Assembly (NCBI GenBank): GCA_944383315.1 | Contig: CALWPB010000001.1 | Location: 29,197-93,196, forward strand | Origin: an uncultured Clostridia bacterium | GTDB lineage: Bacteria > Bacillota > Clostridia > Christensenellales > UBA1242 | Length of the DNA: 64,000 nucleotides | Direction of reading: 5' to 3' | Notes under the pieces: generated by a model | The model's database searches: none | What the model saw: only the letters and a program-made list of their open reading frames with translations | What the model was told of the DNA's origin: nothing | Part shown: piece by piece, positions 10,454 through 19,887 of the stretch | How positions within the stretch are numbered: position 1 is the first letter of the stretch | How the letters are laid out: each line of letters starts with the position of its first letter | Program-made: the position numbers and the translations under genes

Positions 10454-11443
10454 TTGAAAGCAAATTTATTAGTATTTTGTGATGAAGGAAACAGCGAATT
10501 TCTAGAGCATATTATCAATTACAAGATTATGCCAGCATTTTGTTCAACAATGCAGGAAATTTCGTCTGTTTCTTTTCTTGCTTTACAATCAAGTATTCAA
10601 GAAATAACTCATTATTTGTGTGATAGCACAATAATTGCTGTCGGTTTTTGCGAGGAAAATTGTTACCGAAATATTAAAATTGCTGTTAATAATTATTATG
10701 ACGCCAAGATATTTGAAACTCCTTTTGGTGAATTTTGTCGAAATGGAAATAGATTTTGTAGTATAATAGATTTAAGCCGTTCTCAATTAGAATTTAATAA
10801 TAAATCATTACAACTTTTGTATGATGTCGATAATATTTTTAGTATAAATATTTTTGGACTAGACAAATTTGCTGTTATTGAAAAATTAAAATATTTAGAT
10901 TTTATTAATTATTTTGATTACACTTTACATTCAAGTTATGGTGAAATTCAGCTATGTTTTCATCCAGTAAACGAACAATCAAATCAATATATAACAGTTT
11001 TCAAGCGAGTACTGTATAGCAGTTTTGATAGATATATTTATAGCGATGAGTTAAAAACTTTAAGCGATTGTGTGGAGGAACTTTCCACAATAAGAAGGCA
11101 GTATTTTGCTGTATATGATTTAGTATCCCAGAATTTTATAAATCAAGAACTCTTAAAAATAAAAGGAATTTCTAATTATTTGGTTCAAATAGAGGATATA
11201 GATTTTGAATATTTAAACTCCGTAGAAGAAACAAATGAAATTTTAGTTAAATATAATTTAGACTTTGTTATATTAGTGCTAGGGAATTACCAAAATATAA
11301 GGGTTCTAGTCATTGATAGTACTGGACTTAAGAAATATGAATATTCAGTTAATAAAGAACTTAAATATAATCAAAAATATTTGTTAAATTGTGTCCTGTT
11401 TAAAATTTTTACAAAACTTCATAAAAACACTTTGTATTTTTGA
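10454..11443 (+). CDS. Hypothetical protein occupying the position usually held by cinA
   Basis: 329-aa ORF with a TTG start and a weak AAGGA upstream. I recognise no motif in it. It is Cys-containing and Asn/Tyr/Ile-rich. Confidence 0.4.
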   Translation: MKANLLVFCDEGNSEFLEHIINYKIMPAFCSTMQEISSVSFLALQSSIQEITHYLCDSTIIAVGFCEENCYRNIKIAVNNYYDAKIFETPFGEFCRNGNRFCSIIDLSRSQLEFNNKSLQLLYDVDNIFSINIFGLDKFAVIEKLKYLDFINYFDYTLHSSYGEIQLCFHPVNEQSNQYITVFKRVLYSSFDRYIYSDELKTLSDCVEELSTIRRQYFAVYDLVSQNFINQELLKIKGISNYLVQIEDIDFEYLNSVEETNEILVKYNLDFVILVLGNYQNIRVLVIDSTGLKKYEYSVNKELKYNQKYLLNCVLFKIFTKLHKNTLYF

Positions 11444-11462
11444 AATTATGGTGTATAATATT

Positions 11463-11475
11463 AGAACAAATGTTT
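11463..11475. promoter_or_regulatory. LexA (Cheo/SOS) box upstream of recA
   Basis: AGAACAAATGTTT matches the Gram-positive GAAC-N4-GTTC consensus at 7 of the 8 core positions (GAAC-N4-GTTT). The 13-mer is identical to the one upstream of lexA at 24164. Confidence 0.7.
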
Positions 11476-11491
11476 AAAAAGGAGCAGCAAA

Positions 11492-12550
11492 GTGGCTGAA
11501 AAAGACAAAAGCGAAGACAAGAAAAAAAATTTAGAACAAGTAATTGCTCAAATAGAGAAACAATTTGGTAAAGGGGCAATTATGCGACTTGGAGACAATG
11601 CTAGACAGGTCGTAGATGTAATCCCTACGGGGTGTTTGACACTTGATTTGGCATTGGGTATAGGCGGTGTACCTAGAGGACGTATCGTAGAGATTTATGG
11701 GCCTGAATCTTCTGGTAAAACAACGGTTGCATTACACGTAGTGGCAGAAGCACAAAAAATGGGTTGCACTGCGGCCTTTATTGATGCTGAACACGCATTG
11801 GACCCTGTTTATGCGGGAAATCTTGGTGTTGATATCAACTCATTGTATATCTCTCAACCCGACAATGGCGAGCAAGCATTAGATATTACGGAAAGTTTGG
11901 TTCGTAGCGGTAGCATAGATTTGATAATTATTGACTCTGTAGCGGCGCTTACTCCAAAAGCGGAACTTGACGGTGAAATGGGAGATGCTCACGTTGGTTT
12001 GCTTGCTCGACTGATGAGTCAAGCAATGAGAAAATTAACTGCTTATATAAATAAATCAAATGTATGTGTAATATTTATCAATCAACTTCGTGAAAAGGTT
12101 GGGGTAATGTTTGGTAACCCAGAGACTACAACAGGTGGTAAGGCTTTGAAGTTTTATTCAAGCGTGCGCCTAGACGTTCGTAAAGCTGATGTAATAAAAG
12201 ACGGCAATGAAATAGTAGGTAATAGAACACGTGTAAAGGTTGTTAAAAATAAACTTGCGCCACCATTTAAAACTTGTGAATTTGATATTATTTATGGTAA
12301 AGGTATTTCAAGGGAAGGTTGTATACTTGACCTTGCCCTTGAATATGGAATAATTCAAAAAAGTGGTAGTTGGTTCGCTTATAATGGTGAAAAAATAGGG
12401 CAAGGTAAAGAAAATGTAAAACAATATCTTGCGGATAATCCTGATATTTACGAAGAGATTGAAAATCAAATTAAAGATGAATTAGCGCCAAAAGAAACCA
12501 CACAAGATATAGAAATTGAAGATACAGAAATACAAAAAGATGCAGATTAA
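11492..12550 (+). CDS. recA: Recombinase RecA
   Basis: Canonical RecA sequence ([41 protein letters not shown]). GTG start 7 nt after AAGGAG. Confidence 0.97.
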   Translation: MAEKDKSEDKKKNLEQVIAQIEKQFGKGAIMRLGDNARQVVDVIPTGCLTLDLALGIGGVPRGRIVEIYGPESSGKTTVALHVVAEAQKMGCTAAFIDAEHALDPVYAGNLGVDINSLYISQPDNGEQALDITESLVRSGSIDLIIIDSVAALTPKAELDGEMGDAHVGLLARLMSQAMRKLTAYINKSNVCVIFINQLREKVGVMFGNPETTTGGKALKFYSSVRLDVRKADVIKDGNEIVGNRTRVKVVKNKLAPPFKTCEFDIIYGKGISREGCILDLALEYGIIQKSGSWFAYNGEKIGQGKENVKQYLADNPDIYEEIENQIKDELAPKETTQDIEIEDTEIQKDAD

Positions 12551-12727
12551 CTGCGTCTTTTTTGTTTAATTAAATAGATTATTGTAAATAATATAATTTG
12601 TCTATTTAACAAATTTTAACTTGACATTTTAATAGTTATAAATTAAACTTATATGGTATATAAAATTAATGTTTTATATCAATCTAATAAGATTTTTAAA
12701 TAAATTAAAAGAGAGGAAAAAGAACCA

Positions 12728-14326
12728 ATGCTTAACTCATTAGTTGGGCTGCTTGGTTTCCAAATGAGTACCGCAGTTTTGGTAGTCACTATTTTGGGTT
12801 GCATTATAGTTGGCGCTGTGGCGGGAATTTTTGTTTTTCGTGCAATAGTAATAAAAAAAATAAATAAAGCCAAGAATTCCGCATCAAGCATCATAGAAGA
12901 TGCTAATTTGGAAGCTAAAGCCATCATAAAAGAGGCGCGTCTTTCGGCTCAAGAAGAGTCTTTAAAAATCAAAACTGATACAGAAAATGAACTGAAAGAA
13001 AGACGCGTAGAAATAGAAAAATTAAACAATCGTTTTTTACAAAGAGAAGAGTTTATAAATAATCGAGAGCAATCTTTGGAAAAGAAGAATGATGCTCTTG
13101 AAAGTTTTAAAGAAAAACTTGATAATCAAGAAAAAAAATTAAATGCTAGACAAGAAGAACTTGATAAGAAGAATGCTGAAATTATAAAAGAACTAGAAAA
13201 AGTAGCCGGCTTAACAAAAGAAGAGGCTAAAGATAGACTTGTCGCGCAGATTACAGATGAAGCAAAGCACGATTCAGCTTTGAAATTGCGTGAAATTGAA
13301 CAAGATTTAAAAGACAATTCGCACAAATTGGCAACTGAAATCATATCAAATGCTATACAGAAGTACTCTGCTGATTTAACAAGTGAGACAACAGTTTCAA
13401 CTATTGATTTACCAAATGATGATATGAAAGGTCGATTAATTGGTAGGGAAGGTCGTAATATTAAAGCAATAGAAATGGCTACTGGTGTAGATTTAATTAT
13501 TGACGATACTCCTGAAACTATTGTTATTTCGGGATTTGACCCTATTCGTAGAGAAGTTGCTCGTATCGCTATTACAAAATTAATTCAAGACGGCCGTATA
13601 CATCCAGCGAGAATTGAAGAAACCGTTGCTAAAACTCGAAAAGATATTGAGCACGAAATCAAAGAAGCTGGAGAAGCGGCAGTGCTAGAAACAGGTATAA
13701 TCGGCTTGCATCCTGAACTTGTAAAAACACTTGGTCGTCTCAAATATCGTACAAGTTATGGTCAAAATGTTTTAAAACATTCTATAGAGGTTTCGTTTAT
13801 TGCTGGTATGCTGGCAGCAGAACTTGGATGTGATGAGATGATAGCAAAGCGCGGTGGATTATTACACGATATAGGCAAGGCTGTTGACCACGAGGTTGAA
13901 GGAACACACGTAACAATTGGGACACAACTTGCGCGTAAGTATAAGGAAAATGACAAGGTTATAAACTGTATTGAAGCTCATCACGGTGATGTCGAATTTA
14001 ATTGCGTAGAGGCAGTATTAGTACAGGCAGCTGATACAATATCAAGTGCTCGTCCTGGGGCAAGACGCGAATCAATAGAAAACTATGTAAAACGCCTTGA
14101 AAAGCTTGAACAAATCGCAAGTTCCTTTGATGGCGTAGAAAAAGCTTATGCTATTCAAGCTGGTAGAGAAATCCGCGTTATTGTTAAGCCAGATAGCATA
14201 TCAGATGAACAATCAGTAACGCTTGCAAGAGATATTGCAAAGAGAATTGAAGCCGAGATGGAATACCCCGGTCAAATCAAAGTAAACGTAATCAGGGAGT
14301 TTCGTTCTGTAGATTTTGCTAAGTAA
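12728..14326 (+). CDS. rny: Ribonuclease Y
   Basis: N-terminal TM, coiled coil, KH domain ([17 protein letters not shown]) and HD domain (LLHDIGKA). An alternative start at 12764 is possible. Confidence 0.95.
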   Translation: MLNSLVGLLGFQMSTAVLVVTILGCIIVGAVAGIFVFRAIVIKKINKAKNSASSIIEDANLEAKAIIKEARLSAQEESLKIKTDTENELKERRVEIEKLNNRFLQREEFINNREQSLEKKNDALESFKEKLDNQEKKLNARQEELDKKNAEIIKELEKVAGLTKEEAKDRLVAQITDEAKHDSALKLREIEQDLKDNSHKLATEIISNAIQKYSADLTSETTVSTIDLPNDDMKGRLIGREGRNIKAIEMATGVDLIIDDTPETIVISGFDPIRREVARIAITKLIQDGRIHPARIEETVAKTRKDIEHEIKEAGEAAVLETGIIGLHPELVKTLGRLKYRTSYGQNVLKHSIEVSFIAGMLAAELGCDEMIAKRGGLLHDIGKAVDHEVEGTHVTIGTQLARKYKENDKVINCIEAHHGDVEFNCVEAVLVQAADTISSARPGARRESIENYVKRLEKLEQIASSFDGVEKAYAIQAGREIRVIVKPDSISDEQSVTLARDIAKRIEAEMEYPGQIKVNVIREFRSVDFAK

Positions 14327-14336
14327 GGAGTAAAAT

Positions 14337-15182
14337 ATGCAGATTTGTGATGCTCACAATGATTTATTAACTACTTTTGATAATATTTTAGACATTAATG
14401 ATTATCTTAATAATTTTTGTATAAATAATAAGGTCGTAAAGATATTTACGGCCTATTATGTTAGCCAGTATGAAATTAATACATATGGTAGTGATAAAAT
14501 ATTACAACATATAGCAAAAAAATATTTATTAGTAAAGAATTTGGATATAGCAACATTTACATTGGAAAACATTGGTTTTATCCAAAAGTTCAGTGATTTA
14601 GATAAAATAATTCAGTTGAAACCATTTTGTGTAACTCTCACGTGGAATTATAACACTAATCTCGCAGGTGGTGCTTATGAAAGTGGGGGCTTAACACAAT
14701 TTGGGAAAGAGGCAATAAAACAGCTTGAGGCTAATAACATTGTTGTTGATGTAGCTCATTTAAATAAACAGTCATTTCTTGAGTTTGCTAAATTAACAAA
14801 ATATCCAATTTTCTGTTCTCATACAAGTTGTAAAGATATATATAATATTCCTAGGGCTATAGATGATGAACAACTGCAAATAATAAAAGAAACAGATGGT
14901 TTTATTGGTTTATGTTTGTACTCAACTCTTTTGAGCGACCATAGGGCAGATTTTAAAACAATAAAAAGGCACATCAATCATTTAGCCAATGTTATTGCTT
15001 TTAGTAATATTGGATTTGGTACTGATTTCAATGGAACAGGCGAGTGCAATCCGCAAAACTTTGATATCGATTATAATGGTATGCCTATGCTTTTAGAAAA
15101 ACTTCAAAAATCTTATGGATATAAAAATATATATAAAATGGCATATCAAAATCTTATTGATTATATGAATAAAATTGCATAA
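14337..15182 (+). CDS. Membrane dipeptidase (peptidase M19) family protein
   Basis: N-terminal CDAHNDLL motif, VDVAHLN, and FGTDFNG near the C-terminus, as in M19 dipeptidases. Somewhat short at 281 aa. Confidence 0.55.
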   Translation: MQICDAHNDLLTTFDNILDINDYLNNFCINNKVVKIFTAYYVSQYEINTYGSDKILQHIAKKYLLVKNLDIATFTLENIGFIQKFSDLDKIIQLKPFCVTLTWNYNTNLAGGAYESGGLTQFGKEAIKQLEANNIVVDVAHLNKQSFLEFAKLTKYPIFCSHTSCKDIYNIPRAIDDEQLQIIKETDGFIGLCLYSTLLSDHRADFKTIKRHINHLANVIAFSNIGFGTDFNGTGECNPQNFDIDYNGMPMLLEKLQKSYGYKNIYKMAYQNLIDYMNKIA

Positions 15183-15208
15183 TAATAGTATTATTTGATA
15201 AATTCTGT

Positions 15209-15237
15209 TGACAAAAATAGCAGAATTTAGTAAAATA
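15209..15237 (+). promoter_or_regulatory. Sigma-A promoter driving tRNA-Trp
   Basis: TTGACA (15209-15214), 17-nt spacer, TAAAAT (15232-15237), about 13 nt before the tRNA 5' end. Confidence 0.7.
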
Positions 15238-15250
15238 ATATTACTTTTAT

Positions 15251-15324
15251 AGGGGAGTGGCTTAATGGTAGAGTAGTGGTCTCCAAAACCATTGGTCAGA
15301 GTTCGATCCTCTGCTCCCCTGCCA
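15251..15324 (+). tRNA. trnW: tRNA-Trp (anticodon CCA), CCA end encoded
   Basis: Acceptor stem AGGGGAG/CTCCCCT. Anticodon stem GTGGT/ACCAT with loop CTCCAAA. T-arm GTTCGATCC. Discriminator G followed by CCA. Confidence 0.9.
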
Positions 15325-15400
15325 TTAGCGCAACTTGGATAAAGGCTTTATGAGTTTTTGTTTAAGTTGCTTTTTTATTGGATTAAATCTTGAGGTTGTT

Positions 15401-15871
15401 ATGAAAAAAGTCGTTATATATACAGATGGCGCTTGTAGTGTGAATCCTGGTCCTGGTGGGTGGGGATGTGTATTAATTTATAATGACATAGAAAAAGAGT
15501 TTAGCGGTTTCGAAAACAACACAACAAATAATCGTATGGAAATGCTTGCTGTAATTATGGCTCTTGAAAAACTTAAAGAACCGTGCGAAGTTGATTTATA
15601 TAGCGATTCAGCTTATGTGGTAAACGCATACATACAGAAATGGATACCTGACTGGAAAAAACGAGACTGGAAAACTTCAGATAATAAGCCAGTTAAAAAT
15701 CTTGACTTGTGGCAAAAAATTGATAATTTAGCGCAAATCCATAAAATACATTGGCATAAAGTAAAAGGGCACAGTACAAATGAATATAACAATCGCTGTG
15801 ATGCTTTGGCAAGGGGACAAGTCGACGAATATTTAAAAAACAAGGCTGCTGAAAATAATGTTGCTGAATAA
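15401..15871 (+). CDS. rnhA: Ribonuclease HI
   Basis: VVIYTDGACSVNPGPGGWG, NNRMEM, DSAY and KGHSTNEYNNRCDALA motifs. The start is set at the ATG after GAGG, because the longer ORF (15335) begins only 10 nt after the tRNA. Confidence 0.9.
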   Translation: MKKVVIYTDGACSVNPGPGGWGCVLIYNDIEKEFSGFENNTTNNRMEMLAVIMALEKLKEPCEVDLYSDSAYVVNAYIQKWIPDWKKRDWKTSDNKPVKNLDLWQKIDNLAQIHKIHWHKVKGHSTNEYNNRCDALARGQVDEYLKNKAAENNVAE

Positions 15872-15887
15872 AATTTATTATGATAAA

Positions 15888-15920
15888 AAAAGAACGTATT
15901 AAATTAAACACGTTCTTTTT
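15888..15920. terminator. Bidirectional terminator (rnhA / ABC permease)
   Basis: Stem agaacgt/acgttct (15891-15897 / 15910-15916), flanked by A-run and T-run. Confidence 0.6.
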
Positions 15921-15924
15921 ATAT

Positions 15925-17715
15925 TTATTTGATTTCTCTCTTTTTAAATACTACATAACTCAATATTGTCATAACTACCATAGTAACTGTTACAACAATA
16001 GCACTTATCAATAAGCTTGAATTGTAGAACATTGGGCTTGAGAATGCAATGCTTAGTGGATTGCTTAAATCACTAGCGAATGCTCCACCGAAGAATTTAA
16101 AGAAGTCAATTCCTGCAAACGGTAGGAAAGCATACCACGTCGATGATGTAAACAATACCGCAAATATAGCAGTAAGGAAGTAGATAAATATTGAGATTAC
16201 TACTGCACCTACATTGCTTCTAAATACGGTAGAAATCATTGTTGCTAGTAATACATAGAATAATATTTTTACTATCAATAAAGCCAAATAAATTAAAATG
16301 AGTAGGAAAGGAGAAATTACAAATACACTTGTAGCATTAAACACTGCCAATATTGGAGTAGTATCCAAACCATATACTGCATATCCTATGATGAACAAAA
16401 CTATTGCACTAAATACTAGGAAGATTATACCAAAGATTAATGATGCAAGTATTTTTGAAGTTAAAATTTTGTTTCTAGAATAAGGTCGTGTTGCCAAAAC
16501 TTTAAGGGTTCCAGTAGATTGTTCTCCAGCAATCATTCCAGCAGCAAGGACTACACAGAAAATTAAAATTATAAAACTGCAGATTTCCAAGCCAAAATAT
16601 ACCAAATCAAATGCTCCAACTTGGTCACCTGATGACATAGTAGGGGTGAAGACTGATGAAAATTGATTAGATGTTAAGTCATTACTAAGCAAATAGTTAT
16701 TTGTTGCTATTCTTTCCTGTATTTGATAAAGGTGAACATCGGTGTATCCTATAAATTGATGCGCATAAGAGTCATTAAATGACTTAACTGGCTCAAAATA
16801 AATTGAATCACTTACCAAAGTAGAATACTGACTTGCTGCGTAATAATACTTTAATATCTCTTCTTTGAGTGTTCCTGTTGAAATATTTTCATCAGCACTA
16901 TAAGCATTAATATTTTCAAGAGTGCTGCTCATAAATGTAGTAACTTTTTCATACTGATTATTTAAATTTGTTATGGTTTCTTCAGAAAGGGTAATATCAG
17001 TAATATCGTTACTGGTTAGATAATAAAGTTTATCAAAGTAACTAGCGCCTTCAATGTTTGTAAAACCATTTACCTGACTTATGTGGTTGTAGATATTTTC
17101 GTGCGTCTCAATAAGATTTATGTCAGCACCTTCTGCGTTTAAGTAAAGCAATGCATCGGAAATTAGAGTGATGTAGTTCTCAAAACTTTCTTTTGGCATC
17201 AATATAGAGGCATTTGTTGAAGTTGCTGCTTCAGAAATAATTGTTCTTGCTTCATTTAAAACTTCAACCATTTCTAGACGAATGTTATTAAGTTCGCGAA
17301 CATTTGATGGATTTTCAGGATTTTGCGCATATTGAATCCCAGTTAAATAGTCATTAAGTAATCTTCTTGCTCCGCGACGTGATTCGGAATTGTCAATTAA
17401 ATTTTTTAATCGTGTAGTAACTGTAGTTTCTGGAGAAGTATTTATGTTTTGATAATATTCAAGTTGTCCATAGGCATTTAGTACCATTGTTTCTGCTATG
17501 GTTTTATTCATATTAGGTGCGGAACTAAAATTTATCATAACTTCAGTTTTATTTCCGCCATCTATATGATATAATTGGTCTCCACGATTACTCATATTTA
17601 ATAAAAGGGCAGAGAAAATAAGTGCAATCACTATTACTCCCGTTAATATATATAAAATAGGACGCATTAATATTTTATTTAATTCTCCGCGTAATAATCT
17701 ACTCATTTTTGACAT
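15925..17715 (-). CDS. ABC-2 type transporter permease with a large N-terminal extracytoplasmic domain
   Basis: One N-terminal TM, a soluble region of about 330 aa, then about 5-6 C-terminal TMs. It sits immediately downstream of the ATPase gene. Confidence 0.7.
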   Translation of the reverse strand: MSKMSRLLRGELNKILMRPILYILTGVIVIALIFSALLLNMSNRGDQLYHIDGGNKTEVMINFSSAPNMNKTIAETMVLNAYGQLEYYQNINTSPETTVTTRLKNLIDNSESRRGARRLLNDYLTGIQYAQNPENPSNVRELNNIRLEMVEVLNEARTIISEAATSTNASILMPKESFENYITLISDALLYLNAEGADINLIETHENIYNHISQVNGFTNIEGASYFDKLYYLTSNDITDITLSEETITNLNNQYEKVTTFMSSTLENINAYSADENISTGTLKEEILKYYYAASQYSTLVSDSIYFEPVKSFNDSYAHQFIGYTDVHLYQIQERIATNNYLLSNDLTSNQFSSVFTPTMSSGDQVGAFDLVYFGLEICSFIILIFCVVLAAGMIAGEQSTGTLKVLATRPYSRNKILTSKILASLIFGIIFLVFSAIVLFIIGYAVYGLDTTPILAVFNATSVFVISPFLLILIYLALLIVKILFYVLLATMISTVFRSNVGAVVISIFIYFLTAIFAVLFTSSTWYAFLPFAGIDFFKFFGGAFASDLSNPLSIAFSSPMFYNSSLLISAIVVTVTMVVMTILSYVVFKKREIK

Positions 17716-17726
17716 AGATTTGACTC

Positions 17727-18659
17727 CTAAGAAATTTTGCCGTAACGGCGTTCTTTTAAAATTTCAAGATAAATATCTTCAAGACTCTTTGTAACTACAG
17801 AAGTCCCGTAAATAGTAAGATTACGACGTCTTAAATCATTGATAATGTCATCAAACTTTTCTGGTATATATGGAATAATTACAGAATTACCAGCTAATTC
17901 CACATCCAAACCGTGTTTTAGGGAAATAATTTTGCCTGCGTAATTTGGATAATCAACTCTAATTCTAAAGCGCTTTTGTGAATTACTGTTATTTTGGAAA
18001 TCGTCCATTGTTCGCATTTCAAGAATACTGCCTCGGTCAAAAATTGCTACTGTATCACATAATTGTTCCATTTCAGACAAAACGTGGCTACTCATAAAAA
18101 TACCCATATTGTTTTTAGCAGCCAATATTTTGAGTGTTCTTCGTAATTCGATTACTCCATTTACATCTAGTCCGTTTGTTGGTTCATCAAGGATAAGTAA
18201 TTTTGGATTATTAAGTAATGCTTGGGCTAGGCCTAATCGTTGGCGCATTCCGTATGAGTATGTTTTTACTTTGTCATCTATACGATTTTCGAGTCCAACA
18301 GTTTTTATAATCCTGTCAATGTCATCTTTTTTGATTCCTTTAATAAGACTTGCAAAATAATTGAGATTTTGCCGACCTGTCATATATGCATATAACTGGC
18401 AATTTTCCATTACTACACCAATATTAGCAACTGCTTGTTCAAAATTTTTCTGCACTGATTTGCCACATATAAACACTTCACCAGAAGTAGGAGCACTTAA
18501 ACCACTGATAATACGAATTAAAGTAGATTTTCCTGCACCATTAGGACCTATAAACCCAAAAATTTCACCAGCATAAACTTCAAAATTCAAGTTTTTTAAA
18601 ACTTTCCGTTCACCATAAAATTTATTTAAATTTACGATATCCAAAACTTTTTCACTCAA
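17727..18659 (-). CDS. ABC transporter ATP-binding protein
   Basis: Walker A GPNGAGKST, signature YSYGMRQRLGLA, Walker B LLILDEPTNGLD. Confidence 0.95.
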   Translation of the reverse strand: MSEKVLDIVNLNKFYGERKVLKNLNFEVYAGEIFGFIGPNGAGKSTLIRIISGLSAPTSGEVFICGKSVQKNFEQAVANIGVVMENCQLYAYMTGRQNLNYFASLIKGIKKDDIDRIIKTVGLENRIDDKVKTYSYGMRQRLGLAQALLNNPKLLILDEPTNGLDVNGVIELRRTLKILAAKNNMGIFMSSHVLSEMEQLCDTVAIFDRGSILEMRTMDDFQNNSNSQKRFRIRVDYPNYAGKIISLKHGLDVELAGNSVIIPYIPEKFDDIINDLRRRNLTIYGTSVVTKSLEDIYLEILKERRYGKIS

Positions 18660-18747
18660 TTACCCAAAAACCTCCAACTTTATTCTATAAAACTACAAAC
18701 TTTTATAAAATAATTTTAACATAACCTAAATTAAAAGTAAAGTATTA

Positions 18748-18776
18748 TTGACTTTGTTCATATTATTTAATATAAT
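18748..18776 (+). promoter_or_regulatory. Sigma-A promoter of the TVP38-family gene (likely leaderless transcript)
   Basis: TTGACT (18748-18753), 17-nt spacer, TATAAT (18771-18776). The ATG at 18783 lies 6 nt after the -10 and has no SD. Confidence 0.6.
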
Positions 18777-18782
18777 ACTATT

Positions 18783-19874
18783 ATGAGTCAAAAAATAAAA
18801 GAAAAACCTAACAAAAAGGAATTTACAGATTCAAAAAAAATCAATAATTCCATTTTTACTCATACTGCTATTTTGTTAATTTCTGCAATAATAATACTTG
18901 GAGCATTAGATATTTGGTGTTATAGCAGTTTGATTGATGCTAGCAAATGGTTCTTGATAATTAGTTCTATAGCAACAGGTCTATTTATGGGCTTGGGGTT
19001 AGTTTTCTTTTTTACTAAAAGAGTAGGGTGGCTAAAAGCAGATTTTGTAATTATAGCAATCGCTGCTTTATTTACCTGGGGCTATTATCTTATAGAAGTT
19101 CTTGATTTACTGACTTATTTAACGGATGCTGAAAGGTTACAAGCGGCTCTTGAATCAGTTGGTTGGTGGAAATATTTAGTATACTGCTTATTACAATTTT
19201 TGCAAGTAACATTTATTCCATTACCAGCAATGGCAACAACAATAGTAGGAACTTTACTATTTGGGCCACTCGTTTCATCACTTTTAAGCTTAGTTGGTAT
19301 TTTACTAGGATCTATGTTTGCTTTCTGGCTAGGTGATAAATTTGGAGAAAAAGTTGTTTCTTGGATAGTGGGCGAAAAATCTATGAAAAAATATTCTAGC
19401 TTGCTTTTTGATAAAGGTAAGTATATGTTTTTCCTAATGATGCTTTTCCCGTTATTTCCTGATGATGTTTTATGTTTAGTAGCGGGAATGACCGCAATGT
19501 CTTTCAGATTCTTCTTTATCACTATGATATTAACACGACCAATAGGGATATTTATGACTTGCTATTTGGGGTCGGGGGAAATAATACCTTTTAGCGGCTG
19601 GGGACTAATAGTTTGGGCTGTATTAATAGTAATAATGATTCTACTTTTCTGGGCTTCTTATAGATACAAAGATAAAATTGAACTCTTAATAAATAAATTG
19701 AATAGTAGATTAAAAAAGCTTTTTATGAGTAAAACTGACAAGTTGTTTTTACAATTAGGTATTAATAAAGAGATAAAATTGCTACCAGAACATTCGTTAA
19801 CTTATGAATTAGAAAATAAAAAAGTCAAAAAAACAAGAAATTCGAAAAAGAATACAATAAAAAAGATGCAATAA
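18783..19874 (+). CDS. TVP38/TMEM64 (DedA/SNARE-associated) family membrane protein with a basic C-terminal tail
   Basis: Multiple TMs and the characteristic VTFIPLPAMATTIVGTLLFGP segment of TVP38/DedA-like proteins. Confidence 0.7.
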   Translation: MSQKIKEKPNKKEFTDSKKINNSIFTHTAILLISAIIILGALDIWCYSSLIDASKWFLIISSIATGLFMGLGLVFFFTKRVGWLKADFVIIAIAALFTWGYYLIEVLDLLTYLTDAERLQAALESVGWWKYLVYCLLQFLQVTFIPLPAMATTIVGTLLFGPLVSSLLSLVGILLGSMFAFWLGDKFGEKVVSWIVGEKSMKKYSSLLFDKGKYMFFLMMLFPLFPDDVLCLVAGMTAMSFRFFFITMILTRPIGIFMTCYLGSGEIIPFSGWGLIVWAVLIVIMILLFWASYRYKDKIELLINKLNSRLKKLFMSKTDKLFLQLGINKEIKLLPEHSLTYELENKKVKKTRNSKKNTIKKMQ

Positions 19875-19887
19875 AATGCATCTTTTT

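Noticed and set aside
15335-15400. Longer N-terminus for rnhA starting at the TTG at 15335.
   Set aside because: It starts 10 nt after the tRNA-Trp 3' end, its N-terminal residues are not RNase H-like, and an SD precedes the ATG at 15401.
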